From assembly GCA_046290225.1 (NCBI GenBank), contig JBKAGE010000079.1, forward strand, positions 96,001 through 160,000: a DNA stretch of 64,000 bases, in the 5' to 3' direction. The notes under the pieces are model-generated. The model saw only the letters and a list, made by a program, of their open reading frames with translations, searched no databases and had not been told where the DNA came from. Position numbers and translations under genes: made by a program. Every line of letters starts with the position of its first letter. The stretch's first letter is position 1. This DNA is from Bradymonadia bacterium. GTDB taxonomy: Bacteria > Myxococcota_A > Bradymonadia > UBA7976 > UBA1532. Below are positions 39,768-49,207 of this stretch, piece after piece.

Positions 39768-40823
39768 TTGAACCGGATCCAGATACAGCGAGGGAGTGTG
39801 GGCTACATCGCCATGTGGGCGGTGGCCCTGGCAGGTGGTGGGGCTGTGTTGATGTACGTGCGCCCCATTCTGGTGCCCCTGACCCTGGCCCTCATCACCT
39901 CGGTGCTGGTGCTGCCCATCGTCAAAGGGCTCATCGCCCGCCGAGTGCCGAGCATGGTGGCCATCCTCGTCGGTGAGCTGGCTGCGCTGGGCCCGGTGCT
40001 GGCGTTCCTGGGGCTGTTCCTCGCCACTGCGGGGCCCGTCTCGCAACAGCTGCCCAAATATCAGGAAGCACTGGTGGTGCAAGGGAACGAGGCTCTGGCA
40101 GTCATCATCGAGCGTCTGAGCCCCGCCACAGCTCAGGAAGAGTTCACTCGCCAGCTCATGGAAGATCTGATGCCCCGACTGGTCACCGAGGCGGTGAGCC
40201 TGGTGCAGCAGAGCGTCACGGGCCTCACTGTGTTCCTGGGCAATCTGTTTCTGGTGTTCCTCTTCAGCACCTTCATCCTGCTCGAGGCGCGGCGGTTCAG
40301 CGAGAAGATCGAGAAGTCCTTCGGCAAAGGCACGGCGTTGATGACGTCGCTGGGCCGCATCGAGAAGCACGTGCGGGCGTATGTGCTGGCGAAGTCCTTC
40401 ATGAGCCTCGTCACGGCGCTGTCGGTGTGGGCATTTCTCTCTGTCATGGGGGTGGACTTCGCCTTCTTCTGGGGGGTGTTGGCGTTCCCATTGAACTTCA
40501 TCCCCACGGTGGGGGCCCTCATCGCCTCGGTGCCACCGATTTTGCTCGCGGCCATCGACCCGGACATGTCGAGCCTCGCCAGCACCACCGTGCTGGTGGG
40601 TCTCACCGTGATCAACGCCGTGATCGGATCCTACCTGGAGCCCCGTTTCGTGGGCCGCTCGGTGCAGCTCTCGCCCCTGGTGGTCTTCTTGTCGATGGTG
40701 GTGTGGCTGCTGCTCTGGGGGCCCATGGGCATGCTGCTGGCGGTGCCGATCATGGTGTCGGTGAAGATCATCTGCAGCCACATTGAAGGCCTGAGACCGG
40801 TGGCGGCCCTGATGGAGCCGTGA
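39768..40823 (+). CDS. AI-2E family transporter
   Basis: PILVPL, LNFIPTVG, LEPRFVGRSVQLSPLVVFLS..W..LWGPMGMLLAVP. Confidence 0.92.
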   Translation: MNRIQIQRGSVGYIAMWAVALAGGGAVLMYVRPILVPLTLALITSVLVLPIVKGLIARRVPSMVAILVGELAALGPVLAFLGLFLATAGPVSQQLPKYQEALVVQGNEALAVIIERLSPATAQEEFTRQLMEDLMPRLVTEAVSLVQQSVTGLTVFLGNLFLVFLFSTFILLEARRFSEKIEKSFGKGTALMTSLGRIEKHVRAYVLAKSFMSLVTALSVWAFLSVMGVDFAFFWGVLAFPLNFIPTVGALIASVPPILLAAIDPDMSSLASTTVLVGLTVINAVIGSYLEPRFVGRSVQLSPLVVFLSMVVWLLLWGPMGMLLAVPIMVSVKIICSHIEGLRPVAALMEP

Positions 40824-40843
40824 GAGCGGACGGCCGTCCGCTC
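40824..40843. terminator. Perfect 20-bp palindrome between convergent stops
   Basis: GAGCGGAC-GGCC-GTCCGCTC. Confidence 0.5.
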
Positions 40844-41687
40844 ACTGCGGTCGAAACACCGCCCTGACCCGCACCGTACAGGCGCTCTTCTGCCGCTTGA
40901 GGGGCTTGAGCGCGCTCAACGCCTCGGTGACACAGTCCGACAGACCCGTGGCCAGCAGCGTCGTCTCCTCGAGGGTGGCGTCGATGGGGGGGGACTTCGG
41001 CGAGAGCCCGTAGGCCATCGTCAGGCGGCCGGTGCGCCCTTTGTCGGGATCCACCGTTCGGGCGTAGCACTCGCCGAGGGCTTGGACCATGGGTCGAAGT
41101 TGCCGCTTGATGGAAGAGGTCGAGCACTTGCCTTCGATTTGGGGGGGGCGGAGCTCCACCTTCACCGGCAGGCGTCGAGGGCGATCACCTTCGGGGCGGG
41201 CCACCACCCGGATGGGCATTGGAGGCACCTCGTGCACATCGCGGAAGGTGGCCTTGGCCAGGGCCGCGGGCAGCCGCATGTCGCGCTCTGGCGCCGAGTC
41301 GGCCCCATCTGCTGGTCGGGGGTAGTCTCCCCAGCCCACCACCTTCCAGGTGCCGCTGTGATACTCGAACCAGAGGTCGAACAACTGGCGATCGCCATTG
41401 AGGGTGAGCAGGGCGGTGATCACCGCCCGGTTGTCGATCATCCGCAGGCGCCAGATGTCGTTGAAGGTGTAGGCCTCCGGGGCACTCACCACCAGCGGGA
41501 TGGGGAAATCCTTCGGATCCACAGTGTCGGCGAAGAACGGCTTCGCCACCTCGATGTCGCTGAACACGTGATGGGTGAGATAGCGCCGAGCGGCAATCTC
41601 CGGATCAGCAATGCCTTCGTTCACCGCACGACGAGGATCATCACAGGCCCACACCGAGCACAAAACGATCAAGAGCCACCAACGCAT
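40842..41687 (-). CDS. Lipoprotein with AgmX/PglI-like (TonB-C-like) C-terminal domain
   Basis: Lipobox VWAC; LGECY....GRLTMAY...TTL...LSDCV..AL pattern. Confidence 0.7.
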   Translation of the reverse strand: MRWWLLIVLCSVWACDDPRRAVNEGIADPEIAARRYLTHHVFSDIEVAKPFFADTVDPKDFPIPLVVSAPEAYTFNDIWRLRMIDNRAVITALLTLNGDRQLFDLWFEYHSGTWKVVGWGDYPRPADGADSAPERDMRLPAALAKATFRDVHEVPPMPIRVVARPEGDRPRRLPVKVELRPPQIEGKCSTSSIKRQLRPMVQALGECYARTVDPDKGRTGRLTMAYGLSPKSPPIDATLEETTLLATGLSDCVTEALSALKPLKRQKSACTVRVRAVFRPQ

Positions 41688-42823
41688 CACTGCACCCCCA
41701 CCAGGATGGGCAGGCCCGGCGCCGCGGCGCGGACTGCGTCGAGCACTGCCACGGTGTGCCAGTGGCGTCCGCTGCTCCATGGGCGCAGCCGCAAGCCCGC
41801 GGGCTCTGGAGTCTCCACAGCCTGTGCATCGCCTTCCGCCCCCTCGTCCTCTTCTGGCGTCTCGGGGAAGAGCATGGCGTCGAGGGCCCTGCGGAGCATG
41901 TCACGATCGATGTTGGGCCCCTTCCGAGGCACCTGGACGACCTTTTCTCCGAGAGTGAGGGTGAGGCCCTCAGGTGCCTCTACGGCTTCGATGACCGGGG
42001 GCGGCGTGTTGCCCTCGACGTTGGTGATGCGGGCGAGGGGATACAGGGCCGGTCGGCCCCCAGGGCCTCGGACCACCAACAAGGCCTCGTTGGCACCTGC
42101 CTCCGTGGCGAGGGCGATGAGGGTGGGAAGCAGGCTCGCCTGGGCCTGTCGCGGCATGGCGATGGCCACCTGAGGGGTGTAGCCCGCGTGGGCCTCGTTG
42201 GCGAGGCGGGTCCGCATGGCCAGGGCATCTTTGAGTGCCCGCACCTGCTGTGCCTTGTCCTTCGGCGCCACGGGCACCCCGTCGATCTCGAGCCGCTCGC
42301 CGTCAGCGAGCAGGAGCACCGAGGCCGTGGGCCGACCCACGGCGTCTCGTCCGGCGAGGCCACCCTTCCAGGGCCGTGCTGTAGGGGCAGAAGGCAGCCC
42401 GTCCTCGCTGATGAGGTCGAGCAAGCGCTTCTGGCTCTCCGGGGTGTCGACGGCGCTGATTTGCCATGGACCCTGCGCTGTGGCCGTGACGGTGAAGCCC
42501 AACGTCATGGGCCAGCTGTCGACGCTGAAGGCCACTTTGCCCTTCCGGGTCTGGTCGTCGATGCGGCGCAGATCGGCGATGTAGAGGAAGACGTACCGTT
42601 CCTGACCGACGAGGTTGAGCAGGGCGAGGGCGTTGAGGGCGTCGGGGCTGAAATTACGCTGTCGGGCGGCGGCGTCGTACAGCTCGGCGCTGAAGGCGTC
42701 GTTGACCACGGACCAGGCGCTGTATTCCGGTGCTTTCTCAGCCTCTCCACAGCCCGGGAGCCCGGCGAAGCAGAGGCACGACAGCGCCAGAGAGAAGGTG
42801 AGGGGCAGAGCTCTGTTTTGCAT
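41687..42823 (-). CDS. Lipoprotein with two ExbD/TolR-like periplasmic modules
   Basis: Lipobox LPGC; IDGVPV...VAIAMP...LIALATEAG and LRLRP....TVAVLDAVR; TGATG coupling. Confidence 0.55.
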   Translation of the reverse strand: MQNRALPLTFSLALSCLCFAGLPGCGEAEKAPEYSAWSVVNDAFSAELYDAAARQRNFSPDALNALALLNLVGQERYVFLYIADLRRIDDQTRKGKVAFSVDSWPMTLGFTVTATAQGPWQISAVDTPESQKRLLDLISEDGLPSAPTARPWKGGLAGRDAVGRPTASVLLLADGERLEIDGVPVAPKDKAQQVRALKDALAMRTRLANEAHAGYTPQVAIAMPRQAQASLLPTLIALATEAGANEALLVVRGPGGRPALYPLARITNVEGNTPPPVIEAVEAPEGLTLTLGEKVVQVPRKGPNIDRDMLRRALDAMLFPETPEEDEGAEGDAQAVETPEPAGLRLRPWSSGRHWHTVAVLDAVRAAAPGLPILVGVQ

Positions 42824-42909
42824 GGAGAGACTATGATACGTCCCCTGCCGGTACACCACCCACATGTGGCGCTCGCCCTCAAATGAAGGGGTGGAGCGAG
42901 AAGGCTGAC

Positions 42910-44106
42910 ATGAGCCGCACCCGCAAACAACGCCGCCGCCGAGGGCCTCGCCTCAAGATCCCCGAGATGCTGATCGATGCCTTGGGCACCCTGGAAGGGG
43001 GCGAGCTGAGCCGCCCCGAGCAGGTCACCCGCATCGCCGAGGGGGTGAAGGCGATCCACCGAGGACTCACTGTAGACCGCCGCCGTTGGATGGGCGGGGG
43101 CTATATGGCCCACAAGGCACAGGGGGCTGCGTATGGCACCTACTACCTGTGCGCCAACCTGCCCAAGCTGTGGCCCATCCTCGATCGCATGGCCCACCGG
43201 GGGCTCATCAAGGCCGGCGCGCTCAAGATCCTGGAGGTGGGCGGCGGTCCGGGTACGGGCACCTTCGCCGCTGCGCTGTGGGCTCAGGCCAGAGGGTGGC
43301 CCCTGCCCACAGTGCACCTCACCGACATTCAGCGAGATCCGCTCTCCCGGGCCCGAGCGCTCTGGAAGGCCATGGGGTGGCCCGCGGAGCTGCTCACCAC
43401 GGCCACTGTCGATCTGACCCAGCCGCTCACCGGTCAGGTGGCTCGGAGCGGCTTCGATCTCGCCCTCGCCTGCAACGTGTTCAACGAGATCGAGACCGCC
43501 CACGACGAGCGGGCGTTGCCGGAGATCGCCGCCCTGCTCAAGCCCACTGGGTGCCTCGTCTCCGTGGAGCCTGCCGTGAGAGAGCTCTCTCGACGTGCCC
43601 TGGCCCTGAGGGACACGGCTGTGGAGAAGGGATGGCGGGTGGTGATGCCCTGCACGCACCAGGGGCCGTGTCCGGCCCTGGAAGACGAGCGCGACTGGTG
43701 TCATGGGGAGTGGAACTTCGAGCGCCCCGATTTCATGGCCGAGGTGGATCGTCGCGTGGGCACCCGGCGCGAGGTGCTCAAGGCCACGTGGTGGGTGGCC
43801 ACACCGCCCAGGCACCCTGGCGTGAGCTCGTTGTCAGTCCCCGAGGGGCTGCGACCTGCCCGAGTGGTGAGTGAGCGCTTCGACCAGAAGGGGCGTACCG
43901 CCCTTGTGGTGTGTGATCTCGAAGGCCGCCGTCGGCTCGAGCTACAGCGTCGCGATGCGGGGCCGGACAATGCCCCATTTGGCCTCGCGGTTCGTCATGA
44001 TCTGCTGGCCTTGCCTCCCGGGACCGAGGGCCGTTTGAGCCCGGATACGCCGGTGATCGCCCTCGCCGAGGTGCCAGACTCTTCAGATACGGACGAATCC
44101 CTGTAA
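42910..44106 (+). CDS. Rsm22/METTL17-like SAM-dependent methyltransferase
   Basis: AYGTYY, ILEVGGGPGTG, NVFNE, VEPA, PCTHQGPCP...DWCH, VCDLEG. Confidence 0.85.
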   Translation: MSRTRKQRRRRGPRLKIPEMLIDALGTLEGGELSRPEQVTRIAEGVKAIHRGLTVDRRRWMGGGYMAHKAQGAAYGTYYLCANLPKLWPILDRMAHRGLIKAGALKILEVGGGPGTGTFAAALWAQARGWPLPTVHLTDIQRDPLSRARALWKAMGWPAELLTTATVDLTQPLTGQVARSGFDLALACNVFNEIETAHDERALPEIAALLKPTGCLVSVEPAVRELSRRALALRDTAVEKGWRVVMPCTHQGPCPALEDERDWCHGEWNFERPDFMAEVDRRVGTRREVLKATWWVATPPRHPGVSSLSVPEGLRPARVVSERFDQKGRTALVVCDLEGRRRLELQRRDAGPDNAPFGLAVRHDLLALPPGTEGRLSPDTPVIALAEVPDSSDTDESL

Positions 44107-44142
44107 GATGAGGAGATTCCTGGCAGCCCCTGGAGGTTGAAG

Positions 44143-44475
44143 ATGTCTCGACTGCAAAGTTTCGAAGAGTTCTGGCCCTACTACCTCAACGAGCATCGAG
44201 ATCCGGTGAACCGGGCGCTGCACTTCATGGGCACCTCGGGGGCCATCGCCGCCGTGGTCACTGCTGCGGTGACGCTGAACCCCATGTTCCTGATCGCGGC
44301 GCCGTTTCTGGGGTATGGCCCGGCCTGGGTGGGGCACTTCATCATCGAGAAGAACAGGCCCGCCACCTTCACCTACCCGCTGTGGTCTCTCATGGGCGAC
44401 TTCAAGATGTTCGGCCTCACGCTCACCGGGCGCCTCGGCCCTCATCTCGAGCGCGCTCAGGCGCAATCGGCCTGA
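44143..44475 (+). CDS. DUF962 / Mpo1-like membrane protein
   Basis: SFEEFWPYYLNEH..NRALHFMGT, AWVGHFIIEKNRPATF.YP; SD GGAGG. Confidence 0.9.
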   Translation: MSRLQSFEEFWPYYLNEHRDPVNRALHFMGTSGAIAAVVTAAVTLNPMFLIAAPFLGYGPAWVGHFIIEKNRPATFTYPLWSLMGDFKMFGLTLTGRLGPHLERAQAQSA

Positions 44476-44499
44476 GACCCACACTCGAACCGCCCCCAG

Positions 44500-44946
44500 A
44501 TGCTCGACCCCCTTCACTTGACTCTCGTCGCTGCCGTGGTGTTGCTCGGCGCTTTGCCGCTGCTGCTCCACGGGCGGAAGATCTCCACCCACCGTCAGGC
44601 GGTCCGGGCCGCCATGGCGCAGTGCCTCGATCAGATCGTACGGCGACGCACGCTCATCGACGCCCCGTTGCCCAGTGCCCTGGTGACCTCGATTCGAGAC
44701 ATGGGGCTCCCCGGGGAGCCCTGGCGCACGTTGATGCGTCAGGAGGCAGAACTCGAAATGCCCGAGGATGCTGAAGCGGTGACCGCGGCCAGCGCTCGGG
44801 TGACGGCCACCCTTCGGGTGCTCCAGCGCGAGATCGAGGTCTACAATGCCCTGGTGGGCTCGGGGGGCGGCCGCTTCGCCGCGGGGATCCTGGGCCTCGA
44901 GGCCATCTCACATCAAACCGACACGACAGAGGTACCCCCATCGTGA
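44500..44946 (+). CDS. Short LemA-like protein
   Basis: N-terminal TM; AMAQCLDQIVRRRTLI and YNALV....AAGILG resemble LemA motifs. Confidence 0.5.
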   Translation: MLDPLHLTLVAAVVLLGALPLLLHGRKISTHRQAVRAAMAQCLDQIVRRRTLIDAPLPSALVTSIRDMGLPGEPWRTLMRQEAELEMPEDAEAVTAASARVTATLRVLQREIEVYNALVGSGGGRFAAGILGLEAISHQTDTTEVPPS

Positions 44947-46493
44947 GTGCCATCACCCCGAGGGTGAGATCCATCGACGCGCCGAGGTCACACCCCCTCG
45001 AGCCGATTCATCGAGGCGACGGCATCATCGCCGTGGACAAGCCTGTGGGGTGGCTTACTCACCCCGATGGGGCCACGACGCGCCCCGACGTGGTCACCGC
45101 CCTCGGCGGTGATGTGGGCGTACACCATCGCCTCGACGTGGATACCAGCGGGGTACTGCTGCTGAGCACCGATCCTGAGGGGGCGAAGCGCCTTCAGAAA
45201 GCCTTCGAGTCGCGGTCCATGGGTAAACGCTACCTCGCCGTAGTCCTGGGCACACCGCCGCGCAAAGAAGGCACACTGAGAGGGCCAGTCCCCGAAGCCC
45301 CCGGGCGAAAGGCCGAGACGCGATACCGCACCCTGAAGGTGTTTCGAGGCAGCGGGGGTGCGCCCAAGGCGGTCCTCGAGGTCACGCCGATCACCGGGCG
45401 CACACATCAAATCCGGGCCCACCTCGCCCAGGTGGGGTGCCCCATCCTTGGCGACCAGCGCTATGGCGATCCGTTGAGCCCGCTGGCTTCCCGTCTGATG
45501 TTGCACTGTTGGTCGATGACTTTGCCGGGGGCGGCGCCCATCGTCGCCGAGCCCCCAGCGCCCTTCGCCCGCTACCTCGGCAAGTCGCCCGAGGATGCCC
45601 GGGGCGAGATCGCGACCGATGAAGGCACCACGGCATGGCGCATGATCCACGGCGCCGCCGATGGCCACCGCGGGTGGTACGTGGATCGATATGGCGACTA
45701 CGCCTGGATCCACCACCACGAGGGCACCCCCGAGGGGCCCATGCCTGAAGTGAAGGGGGCTTTTCGTATCACCGCGCTGCGCGATCGATCCCGCGGTGGG
45801 CAGGCGATGCCCGAGTTGATCTCTGGTGAGCGGCCGCCGACGCCGATGACGATCCATGAGAACGATGTGCGCTATGTGGTGTCTCTCTCAGAGGAGAGCT
45901 TGTCCACGGGCATCTTTCTCGACCATCGACCTCAACGGCGTCTGCTCAAGGAGACCAGCGCCGGGTGCCGGGTGCTCAACACCTTCGCCCACGCTGGGGC
46001 CTTCTCCGTCGCAGCGGCCGCCGGGGGAGCAGAGTCGTCACTGAGCATCGACTTGTCGGCGCGGTGGCTGGCGCGACAAGATCCGCAGATCGAAGCCAAT
46101 GGCCTCGACGTGGCGGCACATCGCACCGCGAAAGGCGACGTCTTCGACTGGATGCGTCGCCTGGCCCGCCGAGGTGAGAAGTTCGACGTGATCATCCTCG
46201 ATCCGCCCTCGACGAGCGTGGGCAAGAAGGGCAAACGGTGGAGCGCCGCGCGAGACTACGGATCCCTGGTGGAGGCTGCGGCGCCGCTCATGGCCCCAGG
46301 CGGGGCACTGTGGACCTGCACCAATTACCACAAGCTCACGCCGGCCCGCTTCGCCCGCGACGTCGCCCAGGCTCTGTCTACGTCTCCCGGTGCCGCCCCT
46401 GGGGCGGTGTTGGAGCACGTGAGACCCCCAGCGGTGGACTTCCCAGTGGACGAGACACCCCCTCTGAAGACCTTCATCTGGCGCTGGCCGTGA
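44943..46493 (+). CDS. Fusion of RluA-family pseudouridine synthase and RlmI/RlmK-type SAM methyltransferase
   Basis: VDKPVG, HRLDVDTSG, TGRTHQIRAH, PILGD..YG; then VDRYG, STGIFLDHR, VLNTFAHAGAFS, DVIILDPPS. Confidence 0.9.
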   Translation: MSAITPRVRSIDAPRSHPLEPIHRGDGIIAVDKPVGWLTHPDGATTRPDVVTALGGDVGVHHRLDVDTSGVLLLSTDPEGAKRLQKAFESRSMGKRYLAVVLGTPPRKEGTLRGPVPEAPGRKAETRYRTLKVFRGSGGAPKAVLEVTPITGRTHQIRAHLAQVGCPILGDQRYGDPLSPLASRLMLHCWSMTLPGAAPIVAEPPAPFARYLGKSPEDARGEIATDEGTTAWRMIHGAADGHRGWYVDRYGDYAWIHHHEGTPEGPMPEVKGAFRITALRDRSRGGQAMPELISGERPPTPMTIHENDVRYVVSLSEESLSTGIFLDHRPQRRLLKETSAGCRVLNTFAHAGAFSVAAAAGGAESSLSIDLSARWLARQDPQIEANGLDVAAHRTAKGDVFDWMRRLARRGEKFDVIILDPPSTSVGKKGKRWSAARDYGSLVEAAAPLMAPGGALWTCTNYHKLTPARFARDVAQALSTSPGAAPGAVLEHVRPPAVDFPVDETPPLKTFIWRWP

Positions 46494-46521
46494 TGGCCGT
46501 CGGTCACCCTCAGGAGCCCCA

Positions 46522-47976
46522 TTGACATCTGCCCAGCCCGAGAACACGCCGGCCGAGCGAGCTCAGTCCGCCAAGGCCCAGCGTGTACGCCTCATGTTGC
46601 TCGCCGCCATCGTGGCGGTCATCGCCATGAGCGCTGTGCTCTACTTTAAGATCGAAGATCGCAAGTCGATGAAGGCCGCCGCCGCCCAGGGCCCCGAGTC
46701 CCAGGCAGAGCGTGCCCTCACCGAGGCGGATCGCGCGGTGGTGAACCAGGACTTCGCCCAGGCGAGGCAAGCGTTCACCCGGGCAGCCACGGCCCTCGAC
46801 GAGGCCCTCAAAGGCAAGGGGCGAGATCTCAAGTTGCTGCGCATTCGCATGAGCGTCGATGATCGGCTCGCGTATCTCGACCAGCGAGAGGCGCGGCTGG
46901 ACTGGGCTGTGGAGCATGCCACCGCCGCTCGGGATCGAGCGCGGGCGATCCTGACGCTGAGCATCACCGACGAGCGATCCCGCATGGACCGTTTGAGCAC
47001 CGCCCAGCGCCTGCGGGAGGTCCTCGAGAAGTCCGAGCGCCCCGTGGAGGCGCGGCAAGCGCTGTTCGAGGCCGCCGAGGCTGTCGAGGCCACCCTCGAG
47101 ACGCTCCCTCCAGATCAATCGACCCGAGTGGCCCTCTCGGAGGCGTGGCAGGGGGTCGCGGCCCTCGGGGCTTCTGGAGCCGAGGCGACCAAAGCCCATG
47201 CCCGCGCCATCGCCCACGCTGAAGAGGCTTTGAAGGGGGCCCACGAGCCCATCGGGGCCCTCGACCACCTCTACAGCGTGCTCTCTCTGGCGTTGGAAGA
47301 CAGTGCAGATGCCCGGCATGGGGCGCGTCTGAAGCGGGCGATTCAGGTGCTGCGGTTGCGTCTCGAACTCAAGGCCGGTGATCGGGCGGCCCGTCGGGCC
47401 CTCGCCGGCAGGCTGAGCCAGCAGGCCAAGGCCCGAGAGGGCGCTGAGGCCGAGGCGCTCTATGGGGAGTCGATCACCCTGCGCAGAGCGCTGCTCGAAG
47501 GCGCCCCAGATGACGGTGAGGCTCGGGCTGATCTGGCTGTGGCGTTGAGCCAGCTCGCCCGGCATCACGGCGCCGCGAGCGCAGATACCAAGAGTCGGGA
47601 TGCATACGCGGAGGCTGTGGAGGTGGCTCGACCCCTGAAAGCCTCGCACCCTGATCTACTCGTCAAGCTGCTCGGCAGCCTCGCCCAGGTCCTCGGGCGC
47701 ATGGACGAGATGGTGCCCAGCAAGGCTGCCGCTGCCGAGGCCTGGTCTCTCGCGAGCGGCCGAGTCGACGCTGAGGGCGATCGTACGCGGCTCATGGCCG
47801 CTGTGGCGGCGCTTCGCCATGCGCGCCTGCTCCGGGCAGATCCGAAGCCCGACAAGAAAGGGGCGCTGAAGATCACCCGCGAAGGGCTGGATCTCGTAAA
47901 GGGCCTTCAGAGACAGGGTGGTCGATCGAAGAAGGTCAAGCAGGGCCTCGAGACGCTGCTCGCGGAGCTGAGGTGA
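46522..47976 (+). CDS. Membrane-anchored TPR-like helical protein
   Basis: N-terminal TM; Ala-rich helical repeats (EAEALYGESITLRRALL..P...ARADLAVALSQLA); SD AGGAG. Confidence 0.7.
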   Translation: MTSAQPENTPAERAQSAKAQRVRLMLLAAIVAVIAMSAVLYFKIEDRKSMKAAAAQGPESQAERALTEADRAVVNQDFAQARQAFTRAATALDEALKGKGRDLKLLRIRMSVDDRLAYLDQREARLDWAVEHATAARDRARAILTLSITDERSRMDRLSTAQRLREVLEKSERPVEARQALFEAAEAVEATLETLPPDQSTRVALSEAWQGVAALGASGAEATKAHARAIAHAEEALKGAHEPIGALDHLYSVLSLALEDSADARHGARLKRAIQVLRLRLELKAGDRAARRALAGRLSQQAKAREGAEAEALYGESITLRRALLEGAPDDGEARADLAVALSQLARHHGAASADTKSRDAYAEAVEVARPLKASHPDLLVKLLGSLAQVLGRMDEMVPSKAAAAEAWSLASGRVDAEGDRTRLMAAVAALRHARLLRADPKPDKKGALKITREGLDLVKGLQRQGGRSKKVKQGLETLLAELR

Positions 47977-47988
47977 GCGGGCCAAGGG

Positions 47989-48459
47989 TCACTCGGAGTC
48001 GACCACTCTGAGGATGGGCCGTGGCCGGGGATCATCTGACCACTGCGCACCACATGCTCTGCAGGTCCAAGGGCCTTCGTCGTGGGCCGGTGTACCCGAG
48101 AGCCAGCGGCGGATGCGCTCGAACACGCCCCCATGAGGGGTTTGCTCGGTGCCACAGGCAGGGCATCGGGGCTGCTTGGGCTTTGCAGTGCTCCCCCTCG
48201 GGCCGGGGGCCTCGAGGGCGATGGCCTCGAGCTCGTCTGCGGGGATCGCGTCCATCTCCAGTGTGGCGAGGGCTCGGGCTTCGTCGGTGGTCGCCACCGT
48301 GAGCCTGACCCCGCCGAGGACTGCAGCGCAGCCAGGGTAGAGCCCCAGCAGGTGCTCGTCGACGATGCGACACGTGATCCCCTCCGCTTCGAGCCGACCA
48401 CGGGCCATGTGGGCCTCGATGGGCAGCTGAAACGTAGCGATGGTGATCCAGTCGGACAT
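47989..48459 (-). CDS. DUF2007 putative signal-transducing protein with Zn ribbon
   Basis: EAHMARGRLEAEGI...GGVRLTV; CPAC...CRAC. Confidence 0.85.
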   Translation of the reverse strand: MSDWITIATFQLPIEAHMARGRLEAEGITCRIVDEHLLGLYPGCAAVLGGVRLTVATTDEARALATLEMDAIPADELEAIALEAPGPRGSTAKPKQPRCPACGTEQTPHGGVFERIRRWLSGTPAHDEGPWTCRACGAQWSDDPRPRPILRVVDSE

Positions 48460-48582
48460 CTCGACTCCCGGTGCACAACGCTCTACACAACACGTGTAGA
48501 GATGTGTGTTCATTCGTAGAGGTAACGAAATCACAGCGCCTTTCTCAAATGTTGGTGCGAGAAATGGCAGATTTGCAAGGGG

Positions 48583-49188
48583 ATGCCCGTGGGCACGCTG
48601 GAACGCCGCTTTTCACCGGCGGCTGATCGCAACAAAGAAGTCATCTTCGATGTGCTGAGCGGGCTGCTCCCCTCAGAAGGGTTGCTGCTCGAGGTGGCCA
48701 GCGGATCTGGCCAGCACGCCGCCCACATGGCCCCTTTGCTGCCCCGATGGCGATGGCAGCCTACTGACATCGGGCCCCAAGCCCTGGAGAGCATCAGCGC
48801 GTGGACCCAGGACATCGAGAACGTGCTCGAACCACAACTGCTCGACGTCACCGAGCAACCCTGGCCCGTCGAGACGGCCGACGCGTTGTTCTGCGCCAAC
48901 ATGATCCACATCGCCCCCTGGGCTGCCACCGAAGGGATCTTCACCGGCGCGGGCAACGCGCTCAGCGCCGAGGCCGTGGTGTGCCTCTATGGGCCTTTTC
49001 GTTTCTCTGGCCAGTTCACTGCCGAGAGCAACGCCCGTTTCGATGTGTCCTTGAAGAGTCGAGATCCGCGCTGGGGGGTCAGAGACATCGACGACGTGTG
49101 CGCCCTCGCCGAGTCGAATGGGTGGCGCCTCTCAGAGACACACGCGATGCCCGCCAACAATCACGTGATGGTGTTCAGACGCCTCTGA
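48583..49188 (+). CDS. DUF938 family SAM-dependent methyltransferase
   Basis: PAADRNKEVI, LEVASGSGQH, WQPTD, NMIHIAPW, YGPF, MPANN. Confidence 0.92.
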   Translation: MPVGTLERRFSPAADRNKEVIFDVLSGLLPSEGLLLEVASGSGQHAAHMAPLLPRWRWQPTDIGPQALESISAWTQDIENVLEPQLLDVTEQPWPVETADALFCANMIHIAPWAATEGIFTGAGNALSAEAVVCLYGPFRFSGQFTAESNARFDVSLKSRDPRWGVRDIDDVCALAESNGWRLSETHAMPANNHVMVFRRL

Positions 49189-49207
49189 GCGGCATGGGGC
49201 CTGGGCT

